Shown one piece after another: positions 39,862 through 50,201 of a stretch of DNA of 64,000 bases. A program made the translations under genes and the position numbers. The stretch is from an uncultured Acidobacteriota bacterium (lineage in GTDB: Bacteria; Acidobacteriota; Terriglobia; UBA7540): positions 1,888,001 to 1,952,000 of the forward strand of contig CAWDSK010000006.1 of NCBI GenBank assembly GCA_963804995.1, read 5' to 3'. Below the pieces are notes generated by a model. The model worked only from the letters and a program-made list of their open reading frames with translations. It ran no database searches and was not told the origin of the DNA. How positions within the stretch are numbered: the stretch's first letter is position 1; every line of letters begins with the position of its first letter.

Positions 39862-40431
39862 ATGTTGCGGCGTGGATCTCTTTCATCGCTCTGTGCGCTC
39901 GCCCTCTGGCTGGGCGGCTGCCCCAAGCGGCAGGGTCCGGCGCATATCGTTTATGTTCCTGCTCCGGCCCCGCAAGCCGCTCGGACGGAGCCCACGCCAG
40001 GTCCTCCCGTCATGGTGATTGAAGAACCTGCGCCGCCTGAGCCCGAAGAGACTCTACCCTCCCAGACGCCAGAGCCCACGGCCCATCGCGGCCGAAGGCG
40101 TCCCGCGCATGAAGAAACTCCCGCGGCGCCCGTGGATGCCACTGAACCGGAGACCCCCGAGCCGCCGCCCACCCCGCTCCCTGCCCTCGAACCGCGTGAA
40201 AGCACCGCACGGGAAGCTTCCCTGCGGCAGCAGATTCAGCGGCTGCATGAAGACGTCCGCCTGCGTGTGGCTCGCTTGAACCAGGCCCGGCTCTCTGCCA
40301 ACGAGCGCAAGACACTCGAGGATGCACGCACCTTCTTTGCACAGTCTGAGCGAGCCCTCGCGAGTGGTGATCTCGAACGCGCCTTAAATCTGGCACGCAA
40401 GGCATCCCTGCTGGTCACGGCGCTGGAGTGA
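39862..40431 (+). CDS. Pro-rich putative lipoprotein
   Basis: Lipobox-like LGGC, Pro/Glu linker, helical C-terminal domain. Confidence 0.7.
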   Translation: MLRRGSLSSLCALALWLGGCPKRQGPAHIVYVPAPAPQAARTEPTPGPPVMVIEEPAPPEPEETLPSQTPEPTAHRGRRRPAHEETPAAPVDATEPETPEPPPTPLPALEPRESTAREASLRQQIQRLHEDVRLRVARLNQARLSANERKTLEDARTFFAQSERALASGDLERALNLARKASLLVTALE

Positions 40432-40444
40432 GTAAGGAGAGTTG

Positions 40445-41298
40445 ATGGCAGACAAAGGTGCGGTGGTTATCACGGGTGCCTCCACGGGGATCGGCGAGGC
40501 TTGCGCCTTGCACCTCGACAAGATGGGGTTTCGCGTTTTCGCGGGAATCCGCAAGGCCGCCGACGCTGAATCCCTCAAACGGCGTGCGTCCGCGCGGCTG
40601 GTGACGCTTCGCCTGGACATCAGCGACGAAACCGAGATTGAGCGAGCTGCCGAAACCGTGAAGGAGGCCTTGCACGGCGACGGGTTGGCAGGGCTCATCA
40701 ACAATGCGGGTATCGTCGTGGGCGGCATGCTGGAATTCCTGCCGCTCGACGCTTTGCGCCGCCAGTTGGAAGTCAATGTGGTTGGCCAAATTGCCGTCAC
40801 GCAGGCTTTCCTGCCCGACCTGCGCAAGGCGCGCGGCCGCATTGTCAATATGGGTTCAGTGAGCGGGTTGATCTCCAGCCCGTTTAGCGGCGCCTATGCC
40901 GCTTCTAAATTCGCACTCGAGGCTCTACCAACGCGCTGCGCATGGAATTGCGTCCGTGGAAAATTCACGTCTCCATCGTAGAGCCCGGTTTTATTCAAAC
41001 GCCCATTGCGGAGAAGTCGCTCGCCGCCGAAGAGGCACTGCGGGCGCAACTTCCCGCAGAAGCCCTTCAGTTGTATGGATCGTATCTCGGCGCCGCGCGC
41101 GAAACCATCCAGAGAGAGGTTGCCCAGGCCGCGCCCACCGCTGTGGTGGAAAAGGCCGTAGAGCACGCGTTGCTCTCGCGGCGGCCCCGCACGCGGTATG
41201 TGGTGGGCTGCCACTCGTCCCTCGAAATCAGCCTTGGCCGCTGGCTTCCCGACCGCTGGCGCGACGCCTTGATCGCCCGGCATATGGGGCTGAAGTAG
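40445..41298 (+). CDS. Short-chain dehydrogenase/reductase (frameshift near 40926)
   Basis: TGASTGIG, NNAG, YAASK; continues as LRMELRPW.I.VS.VEPG.I.T in another frame after a 1-nt loss. Confidence 0.88.
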
Positions 41299-41841
41299 GG
41301 GTTAGGGGCATAGGCGTTAAAATAGGCGCCGAATTGCTCTCGCGAGATTAAGGTGCATTTTTCGAAAACCAGCCCACGTTGCGGAAACTTCCCTGGGTAG
41401 GCGACTGCACGTCAAACTGAGCACGCGCATGGTTTCGGGTGCTCTGCCAAGACTAACTTCCTCGAAGGGGACTTCCGGGGAGTCAGCGATTGCACTTCTA
41501 CGAGTTGGCCGTTATAAGGCCAGGTGAAGGGGGCGCCTCCACGATCGTGGTTTTGTCGTAATCGTGATTCCTTGTGGTATGGACTGTTTAAGCCAGCCAT
41601 CATGCGGCCGCGCAGCAGAAATGATACTTCATGGGAAGGCGACTTTCAGGCGGAATCGGTTGGCGGGGCTATCGATCAGCTAAAATTCGGGGAGTTGACC
41701 ATGATTACCCGCTTACGAAAGGCTGTTCCCTTTAACGACTTGACGAAGCCGGAACATGGGGCTGGTTAGGCCGATCGAGTCAATGACATGCAAAACTCGC
41801 CCCGTGTCGCGCAGCGATAGTGGACGTGCTGCATTACTGGC

Positions 41842-42462
41842 TCACGCATTAGTCCTTTGAATCAATATGTCGAACAGCCTGCTTGCGTGGGCCGATGCTT
41901 CTCTCACTCTTTGGGGATTGATTAGCGCCAAAAGGGCGAATCCGTGCCTGGTTTTGTGATAGGGGCCTTTCAGGGTTGGTCGCGATGCGTGTTCGAGCAT
42001 GGGAAGCAGGGATCGCTTCAGTATTTGCTCGATGTTCGGCTGACCGGGTAGTGAACCCTCCAGAAACCCCTGGCCATAGAATTCGGTCAGTGCTTCTCGA
42101 TCGGCCAGAAACCAGGCTTCCATGCACTGAACCATCAACTGCGCCTGGTCCTCAGTAGCACCTACCGGAGGTTGCCACCCATCCCTCGCAATGAGATGTG
42201 CCCAGGCGCTTGGCGCGCCGACAGGGCCCTCCGAATCTACCAGGAGAATAATAAAGTCATCCCTTTGTTGGCGCGTAACCTGCTGCACGGCCTTGCAAAA
42301 GTCTCTATATGTTTGCCTACGGCTGCCGCAGGCAATCACGCTGAGTCTGCGCGCGGGAAGCCCAAGCTTCTCGAAGAGCTGGCGAAACCCACTGCGACAA
42401 GCGGTGGCATTATCGGTGTGTTTTTGGTCACCGCCACCCTCGACGTAGACACGGACACTCAC
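41842..42462 (-). CDS. DUF4276-family (TOPRIM/RloB-like) protein
   Basis: VYVEGGG, ILLVDSE, MVQCMEAWFLAD, Y.K..HG; overlaps the ATPase stop by 4 nt. Confidence 0.85.
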   Translation of the reverse strand: MSVRVYVEGGGDQKHTDNATACRSGFRQLFEKLGLPARRLSVIACGSRRQTYRDFCKAVQQVTRQQRDDFIILLVDSEGPVGAPSAWAHLIARDGWQPPVGATEDQAQLMVQCMEAWFLADREALTEFYGQGFLEGSLPGQPNIEQILKRSLLPMLEHASRPTLKGPYHKTRHGFALLALINPQRVREASAHASRLFDILIQRTNA

Positions 42463-43703
42463 CAGCGGTTTCCCCCGATTTCGCCCTTCCGCCAGAGGCG
42501 TCCAAGGCTGTAGGTCTTGAGCCAGGCTGCAAGCCGTTTGCGCTCAAGACGTTTCAACGTGGTCGAGCCGTTTTCTTTCTCGCACACGATGACCGTCTCC
42601 GGGATGTCCGTCAGCTCGCTAACCAAGGCATCCGAGTGCGTGGTGACGATCAGTTGCATCCGCTGCGAGGCCTCTCGCAGGAGCTGGGCCAGCGATGGAA
42701 TGATATCGGGGTGCAAACCGAGTTCGGGTTCATCGATGCATACCAGGGGCGGTGGTGCGTCATGCAGCAGAACCGTGAGAAGAGCGAGCCACTGTAGCGT
42801 CCCGTCGGATAGTCTGAAAGCAGAGATCGCGACGCCGCCTCTTTCGATGAGGCGCACTTCGACAAGCCCTCCTTGAATGCGTGTTTCAATGGCATCGGCG
42901 TCGCCGTAAAACGCCTTCAAATTCTTCAGCAGCTCGGATTTAGTGCGAGATTCGGAATTGAGCCTATTCAGCATCAACCCGAGGTTGCTGTTGTCCTCTT
43001 CCAGGAACTCGTTGCTGAGTTCCGGTTTGAACATATTCCGGGCATCAGCGACGGGTCCGAACTGCCTGTTGCGGTAGACCTTGATATCACCAAAAAGCTG
43101 GCCCAAGTAGGTGAGCTCGGGGTATTGAGCAGGATCCTTACGCTGGGCGAGGATCGACTGTTGCGGATTGATCTGCTCCCGCGAAAGTTCCTGCTGCGTC
43201 CCGTTCATTCTTAACATCGGACGCCCATTGACATATCCGAAGTAAGGTGGGGCCTTCCTCTGGCTCTTATCAGTACCCTCAGCCTCGACTCGCTCATCCT
43301 TAACGTCAAGCTGATAATTCACGCCGGTGAACGACAGTTGGTAGTCGATGGGCACTCTTAATTGAGGGGGATTAGCAGAAACCTCGATCGTTGCCGTAGG
43401 TAATGACCTCGCCGTCTTCTGACGGGATCGTTTACCAAGAATACTTCCCGCCAGTTCCGTCGGACTCGGTGGCAATTTCCATAGCCACTCCACGATACCG
43501 CCGCCCTCCCGAATGGGGGTCGCCAAATCCCGGGGAGTGCTCTGCAACAACGCCACGACTTCGATAAGATTTGACTTGCCCGACCCGTTAGGGCCAATGA
43601 GAACATTAAGTGGTCCGAGCGTGATCTTCGGAGAGTCCGGACCAAACGAGAGTAGATTCTGAATGTGCAGACTCTTGATCGCGGGCTTATCAATCATCGT
43701 CAA
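42459..43703 (-). CDS. AAA_21/AbiEii-like ABC ATPase (COG4637-like)
   Basis: LNVLIGPNGSGKSN, LSDGT, IDEPELGLHP, IVTTHS, C-terminal LG.LW..GEIGG..W. Confidence 0.9.
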   Translation of the reverse strand: MTMIDKPAIKSLHIQNLLSFGPDSPKITLGPLNVLIGPNGSGKSNLIEVVALLQSTPRDLATPIREGGGIVEWLWKLPPSPTELAGSILGKRSRQKTARSLPTATIEVSANPPQLRVPIDYQLSFTGVNYQLDVKDERVEAEGTDKSQRKAPPYFGYVNGRPMLRMNGTQQELSREQINPQQSILAQRKDPAQYPELTYLGQLFGDIKVYRNRQFGPVADARNMFKPELSNEFLEEDNSNLGLMLNRLNSESRTKSELLKNLKAFYGDADAIETRIQGGLVEVRLIERGGVAISAFRLSDGTLQWLALLTVLLHDAPPPLVCIDEPELGLHPDIIPSLAQLLREASQRMQLIVTTHSDALVSELTDIPETVIVCEKENGSTTLKRLERKRLAAWLKTYSLGRLWRKGEIGGNRW

Positions 43704-44160
43704 CCAGAAATCTCCATCCAGGCATTCACGTGCCCGAGATTATACCCCAATTTGTCCCCAGCCAAATCTTTGCAACCTAATCACGCGACCATAGCCGACC
43801 ATTGGCTGGCTGGGGGATACCCGTGTCCTTGGGGGTATGTGAATTCGTTTGGATTGCGACCCCTCTTCCGATGTCGGGGGTCACTTGGTTGTCGCCAAAC
43901 CGGATAAATGGCCCGTCACGTTCACATCTCTCGAACGGGGTTCTGGGAATCAGTTCCTGGGTTGTCGCCCCAGCGTTTACCGATCCACGCAACTCTGGAC
44001 GGTTGACGGGCTGCTCGAAAACAAATCACCTGGCCGGTAACGGCCTATGAGTAGGGGGGCGAGGCACCTCCAGTCCGGCTTATTTTAACGCCTATGGGGG
44101 TTAGGGGTTAGGGGTTTGGATTCAGGATTCAGCATGCTCAAAAACTAGAATTCCGTGCTC

Positions 44161-44836
44161 TTACAGCCACACGTGCCGGTTGGAGTAAAACGTGGCGGGC
44201 TTGTCGGGATGCTTTTTGCGAAAGGCCTGGAACTGCCGAAGGATCGCCTGGTAGCGACGGTTGGAAGTTCGAATAGGTTTGTGGGGCATCTTGATGAGGG
44301 CGCGTTCCACTTCCTTGACATTCTTTGAGGAAAGCCGCCAATCGCATTTTACCAGGGTGCGCAGGTCGGCAACCCCGTAGCCCGTGATGCGTCCGGAGCC
44401 ATCCACGTAAGGGTCCACATAACTCATCACCAGGTCACGCAGGGTGCGGAAGACCGGCTTGCGCCCGTGCAGGCCCGCATCCCGTGAGCGCGCCACGGTT
44501 CCCCAGCGCCCACGCTTCTTGAATAGGAACAGAACGTGGTCGAGCTGATCCTGCGATTCCAAGTTCGAGCAATAGCGGCGGGTAGCCGTGCTGCTCCATG
44601 ATGGTAGCGGCGCTGAGGGCGCCCTCCAGGCAGTGGGCGCTGCCGTGCTTGACCACGCCTCGAAACGTCCGTAGCGTTTCACCCTGCTTCTCCCAATTGT
44701 AGGGAAGGCGGCGCAAATATTCCTGCACCTGCTTCGGCGTGCGGCAGCGGCGGACGATCGCCCACTCCGCCGGACGAAAGGCTTTCTTCGCGGGCGCTGC
44801 GGAGGGCGGATAGTTATGTGCAACAGCAAAACTCAT
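44161..44836 (-). CDS. Conserved hypothetical protein with transglutaminase-like Cys/His (frameshift near 44564)
   Basis: TP..VQ.YL..LPYN.E...ET.R, AHCLEGAL; corrected LDLESQDQLDHV.F.F...G.WG..ARSR..GL.GR.PVFR.LRDLVMSY. Confidence 0.75.
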
Positions 44837-44950
44837 GGGAAGCACTATTTGATGGGGAGATCTCGTGGTCCAGTGATCGGATGAGTAAAGAACTACGCAT
44901 TTCGAATTTGTTAAATGCTCACCCGATCTCCCGGTCATCCGATCTCCCTA

Positions 44951-46861
44951 TCACTTTCCCCAACGGTCGTACCAAAGTTGAAAGCTAAAGAGCGTCCACA
45001 ATGTTTTGCGGTGATCAGCCTTGCCCGACCAGTGCTCGTTGAGCAAGCGGCGCACGAACGCGACGTTGAACATTCCCTGCCGGCGCAACTTGTCTTCACC
45101 CAAGGTCTCGTCGACCAGGGGCCGCAACTCATTCCGCATCCAACTGGCAATGGGGACGGAGAACCCGCGCTTTTGCCGGTACACAATATCCTTGGGCAAC
45201 CAACGTTCCACGGCCTTTTTCAGAATGTACTTGAGCTGGAAGCGCCGCACCTTCAAATCGCCCGGCAGGCCTTCGGCGAACTCTATCAGGCGATGATCGA
45301 GAAAAGGCGTGCGCAACTCGAGAGAGCACGCCATGCTGGCGCGATCGATCTTCACCAGAAGGTTATCCTCCAGGTACAAGCGGAAATCCAGATAGAGCAT
45401 CTGGGAGACGGTCTCATCGAAACGTGCGCCTTCGAGTACCCGGGCGAGGGGCGAGAAGATTTCGCGGCTGGGCGGCTTCGGCCCCGCCCAATCCGGCGCG
45501 AAGAGTTGGTCGACCTCGGTCGGATTGAACATGCCGAACCAGATGTGGTGGCGCTCCGCCGGAGGCTTTTCCGCGTAGCTCAAAAACCGGCGCAGGAAAA
45601 GTCCAATGGGGACCGCCCCTGACGACACGGGGAGTAAACGCTGCAACCGGCCAAAGAAATGCCGCCGCACCACTCCGGGGAGTTTCAGATAATAGTCCGC
45701 GAGGCGCGCTCCCAGGTAAGTTGGATAGCCGCCGAATAGCTCGTCGCTGCCCTCGCCGCTTAGCGCCACCTTGATGTGTTCGCGCGCGAAGCGCGAAATC
45801 ATGTACGTGGGAATCACCGCGGGATCAGCCACCGGCTCGTCCAGATGATCGGCGAGCTTCATGAGCGCCTGGTACATGCTGGGCTTGTCCGCGGTCAAAA
45901 CGTGGTGCTGGGTGCGGAAGCGTTTCGCGACCAGGGTCGAGTAGGGTTCCTCATTGAAAGTCTTCTCCGGAAAGTTTACGGAAAAAGTGCTGATATTTCC
46001 CGGGCTCAATTCGCTCATAATGGCAACGATGGTGGAAGAATCAACGCCGCCACTCAGGAAGACGCCGAGTGGAACATCGCTCACCAGGCGCGACTCCGCC
46101 GCCTGTCGCAGACGCACGGCGAGTTCCTCCACCAACTCGCGCTCCTCGCGGGGTGTGACCGGCGGCTGCTCCCGCGAACGTAAATAATCCTGCGGGCGCC
46201 AGTAAGCGTCGATGTGAAGGTTGCCGCCTTCCACCACCATAAAATGCGCCGCCGGAAGTTTTTTGATTTCGGCATAAGCGCTGCGCGGGCTGGGGAAATG
46301 GCCGTAGAAAAAGTATTGGGTGAGCGCCGCAGGATCCATGGCGCGGCCGATGCCGGGATACTCGAAAAGGGATTTTATTTCTGACGCAAACAGCAGCGTC
46401 TGCCCGCCGCGCCAGTAGTAGAGCGGCTTCTCGCCCGCCCGATCGCGCGCCAGCAGCAGCCGCTTGCGACCGCTATCCCACAGGGCAATGGCGAACATCC
46501 CGTTCAACTCGCGCAGGCAATCCGGCCCCTGTTCCTCGTAGAGGTGCGCGATGACTTCTCCGTCCGATTGTGTCTTGAAATGGTGCCCTCGTTCCGAGAG
46601 GCCGCGGCGAAGTTCGCGATAGTTATAAATCTCGCCGTTAAAAACCAAAGTAATTTCGCCGCCCTCGTTGGAGAGCGGCTGATTGCCAGTTTCAAGATCG
46701 ATGATGCTCAAGCGGCGGATGGCCAAGGCCACATGGGGCAACACAAACTTGCCGTCGCTGTCAGGCCCGCGATGCGTGAGGCGCGCTGACATGCGATCGA
46801 TGCGCTCGCCGTGCTCGAGCGGCGCAAGCTGCAGGTTCAGCATTCCGCAAATTCCGCACAT
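44951..46861 (-). CDS. asnB: Asparagine synthase (glutamine-hydrolysing) family amidotransferase
   Basis: MCGICG, HRGPD, RRLSIID, FNGEIYN, LSGGVDSS, LSGEGSDELFGGY, K.DR.SMA.SLE.R.PFLD. Confidence 0.93.
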   Translation of the reverse strand: MCGICGMLNLQLAPLEHGERIDRMSARLTHRGPDSDGKFVLPHVALAIRRLSIIDLETGNQPLSNEGGEITLVFNGEIYNYRELRRGLSERGHHFKTQSDGEVIAHLYEEQGPDCLRELNGMFAIALWDSGRKRLLLARDRAGEKPLYYWRGGQTLLFASEIKSLFEYPGIGRAMDPAALTQYFFYGHFPSPRSAYAEIKKLPAAHFMVVEGGNLHIDAYWRPQDYLRSREQPPVTPREERELVEELAVRLRQAAESRLVSDVPLGVFLSGGVDSSTIVAIMSELSPGNISTFSVNFPEKTFNEEPYSTLVAKRFRTQHHVLTADKPSMYQALMKLADHLDEPVADPAVIPTYMISRFAREHIKVALSGEGSDELFGGYPTYLGARLADYYLKLPGVVRRHFFGRLQRLLPVSSGAVPIGLFLRRFLSYAEKPPAERHHIWFGMFNPTEVDQLFAPDWAGPKPPSREIFSPLARVLEGARFDETVSQMLYLDFRLYLEDNLLVKIDRASMACSLELRTPFLDHRLIEFAEGLPGDLKVRRFQLKYILKKAVERWLPKDIVYRQKRGFSVPIASWMRNELRPLVDETLGEDKLRRQGMFNVAFVRRLLNEHWSGKADHRKTLWTLFSFQLWYDRWGK

Positions 46862-46972
46862 AGAAGATCCGGGAACAGATTTCAGGTTACAGGGAACAGC
46901 AAATCGCGCGAGCCAAAATTTTAACCGTCCCATTCACGGCTGGAAGGGCCAAAATACGTGGGACTAGGGCCT

Positions 46973-48752
46973 CTACGGTCCCGGTGGCGCAACAACTGGG
47001 ACATTCCAGATGGACATATTCCACTCGTCCCACATCGGCTCAAGCTGCCCCACGCTTTGCGATAAGTCCCTTATTAGCGAGTTATCCACCATCACCAGCA
47101 CCGGTTCGGGGGGCGATTTCGTCAAGCGCTGGAACTCCGCAATGTCGATCAGCAGTCCCTGGCCAGGATTGCCAGCCCCGGAGCGCCGCGCCGCGGCCTG
47201 GTGCGCGACCTGATAGTTGCTGGTCATCTCGCCCCACTCCACCGAGACCAGTCCGACGGGGCGCTGCAAATAGAAAGGCAGGCTGGTGCGAAAATAATAG
47301 TAACCAAAAATCGGTGCGTCCTTTTCCGGGCTGGAAAGGATGGTGGCAGCGAGACGACGGCAGGAATCGTTTTTCGCGTAGGCCTCGAGGGGAGCGAGCC
47401 AGCGCACCATCAGCATGGGCACAATCGCGGCAGTCAGCGCGAAGGTTGCAATCGCAAGCGCCCGCCCGCGTATTCTTGACGCCAGATTGCGGCCGATAAT
47501 CCCCAGCGCCGCCAAAATCAATCCCGTGTAAAGCAGCGAGGGCTGGAGGAACGCCAGCACAGTGGGATTGACCTTCTTCGCCAGCCGCACGTGCGCAGCC
47601 GCAAACAGCCACGAGTGCGACGCTCCCGCCAACAGGATGCCCATACCGAGCAGCGCCGCGAAGGCCGCGGTCAGCCAATCGGGCGGCCGCGCCGTCGCGT
47701 CTTCCCCCACGTCCTGCCACACCAGACCCATCAGGATGCCGAGGGGGACGACCGCAGGCAGGAAGTACGCGGGAAGTTTTGAATGCGACAGCGTGAAGAA
47801 GACGAAAACGCACACCGCCCAACTGAGCAGGTATACGCGCGACCGGGCTTCCTCCTGGCGCAATTCCCGCCAACGCCGCAGCCGATTCCAACCGGCCACG
47901 AGCAGGAAAAAGCTCCAGGGGAAAAAGCCTCCCAGGTACACGGGAAGGTAATAAAAGATTCCGCCGCCGCGGTGTGCTTTGCCGGTGGCGAAGCGCTTCA
48001 GGCTCTCTTCCCACAGCGCGTAGTGGGGGAAATCCGGATTGCGCGCCGAGACCGCCAGGAACCAGGGCAGAGCCACGGCGAAAAACACGGCCAGGCCTAC
48101 GCCCCAGCGCAGGCGCTTCCAACTCCGCCAACGGCCGCGCGCCGCCGTGTATATCAAAATCGAGAGCAGCGGCAACAGGATTCCCACCGGGCCTTTGGTA
48201 ATGACCGCCACTCCCATGGCCGCGAACATCACGATATCGAGCCAGGGTTTCTTGAAGTCGGAACTTTCCGCGAACCAGAACGCCGCCAGGGCAAGAGTGA
48301 CGAGAAAGGTCAGCGTCATGTCGAAGATGACTTCGCGAGCCAGCACGATGGCCAGCGGGCAGGAGGCGAAGATGATACCCGCGCGCACCCCCACGGATTC
48401 TCCAAACATCCGCCGCGCCAGAAACCAGACCAGGAGCATGGTGAGCGCGCCCATCAAGGCCGAGGGCAGGCGCGCGGCGTATTCAGAAACGCCGAAGGTC
48501 CGGAGCGAAGCCGCCACCATCCAGAAGTAAACGGCGGGCTTGTCAAGGTAGGCAAAGCTGTTGTAATGCGGCGTGGTCCAATCGCCGGTGGTCAGCATCT
48601 CCCGCGCCACTTCGGCGTTGCGTCCCTCGTCAGGCTCGAAGCAAAGGCAAGCGGCCCAACCCGGCGAAGAACAACAGTCCGGCGGTGACAAGTAGCAGAG
48701 CGAGTTGTAGCGTGAGATTCGTCCGGGGGTCACGGCGAGGTTCAGTGGGCAT
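46973..48752 (-). CDS. ArnT/PMT-family (GT39/GT83-like) membrane glycosyltransferase (frameshift near 48640)
   Basis: Corrected LLEPDEGRNAEVAREM...GDW.TP..N...YLDKP..YFW, TKGP, HSKLP.Y.LP; multiple TM helices. Confidence 0.88.
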
Positions 48753-49520
48753 CAGGTTATCGGGTGATCGGCCGATCGGGAGATCGGGTGATCGGCCGTC
48801 TCTAAAACTTCCAAAACACTTTCGTAAGCGATCCAGTTCTTTTTCATCCAGCGCACGGCCCAAACGTCTGCCAAGCCTTTTTTCAATCTCCGCCACGTAT
48901 CATACTTGGTTTTTCCCGCCCAGCGAGGGTGATGACTGACGGGCACCTGCGTCACGCGGTAGCCGCGCATCTTGAGCAGCGTCGGCAAGAAGCGGTGCAT
49001 ACCGTTGTAAAGTTCCAGCCGCTCCACACACTCGCGCCGAAAGGCCTTGAGCGTGCAACCGGTATCCACAATGTCGTCGCCCGTCGCCCAATTGCGAAAG
49101 CCGTTGGCGATGCGGGAGGAGCGACGCTTCCACCAGGTGTCCTGGCGGCGGGTGCGGATGCCGCAGACAACATCCCAGTCGCCCAGCATGGCAGCGAGAA
49201 CGCGTGATGTCCGCCGGATCGTTTTGCAGATCGCCATCCACGGTCACCACGGCCGCGCCCCGCGCCAGATGGAATCCCGCCTCCATGGCCGCGGTTTGGC
49301 CAAGATTGCGGCGAAAGTGGGCGATGCGAATCCGCGGGTCGCCAAGCTGGGCGCTTTTCAACAGTTCGAGGGTCTGGTCCGTGCTGCCGTCATCGACAAA
49401 CAAAAACTCCGCCTCGCCCTGCCAAGCCTTGAGCGCATCCTTTAAGCGCTCCAGCAGCGGCGCGATATTTTCAGCCTCGTTGTAAACCGGAATGACGACG
49501 CTTAACGAACCACTTTCCAC
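48752..49520 (-). CDS. GT2 polyprenol-phosphate glycosyltransferase (ArnC/DPM-like; frameshift near 49200)
   Basis: LSVVIPVYNE, VDDGSTD, N.GQTAA, DGDLQNDP, DTGC.LK.FR, MHRFLP, H.PR.AG.TKY. Confidence 0.9.
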
Positions 49521-49746
49521 TTACCACCTCAGGCTGACGGGCCCCCGGCGCGCACGTCCTGCGCCGTCGAAACACCTAATATTTTATCTGCTTGTGACGG
49601 ATCCGCCGCCCATTTCGAGTTTGTTACAGGCTGCGATTCCGGGTAATTTTAACATGCTTGACGTACACCGCCGGGAAATTGGTGGTGTAGTTTAGAATGG
49701 CGTGTTTTCACAGATCTAGGATTACAGGCTACCGCCAGGATTTCAG

Positions 49747-49815
49747 ACCACCCCGGCGCTGGGGGCGCCACCCCTCCTGATTCAGGAGGGGTGGCGCTCA
49801 GAGCGCCGGGGTGGT
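49747..49815. repeat. Long near-perfect palindrome (~69 bp)
   Basis: ACCACCCCGGCGCT...GCGCCACCCCTCCTGA-T-TCAGGAGGGGTGGCGC...AGCGCCGGGGTGGT. Confidence 0.85.
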
Positions 49816-50010
49816 TACGCTGGGTGGCGCCTTGAGCGCCAGGGTGGGGGCTGGTGCAGGGAGAGCGCGGCCCTGTGATTTAGTGTGGATCAAGCATGCT
49901 CAAGATGGACGAATCATTCGCTGGCTGCGGTGATTGACGTGGATCGCCCCGAATGGTCGGGGCGCCAGCCTGCCAAGACCTGTCCCGACCTGTTCCAATG
50001 CCCTCTATCG

Positions 50011-50201
50011 GGATGGCCGCGCCACTTTTCTCGGACAATTCGTTGCCCGCCTTGCATTTTTGGGCTACCGGTAGCCCAAACGCGTACATTGCCTATTGAC
50101 ATAGGCCAGTCGACTAAGAGCACAATAGAGGTGAGGAAGAGTAGCGCCATGATGTGTCCAGGCAGCACTCGAAGAACCGCGGACCCCAAGATCGGGGGTC
50201 T
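50011..50201 (+). repeat. 190-bp dispersed module, copy 2
   Basis: Matches 2862-3051; identical 22-bp palindrome at 50059-50080. Confidence 0.9.

Larger units (their letters stand above)
41309..44096. mobile_element. Non-autonomous IS4-like transposon carrying AAA ATPase + DUF4276
   Basis: Perfect 16-bp TIR CATAGGCGTTAAAATA / TATTTTAACGCCTATG; flanking 11-bp direct repeat GGGGTTAGGGG (41298-41308 and 44097-44107); no transposase ORF recognised inside. Confidence 0.8.
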
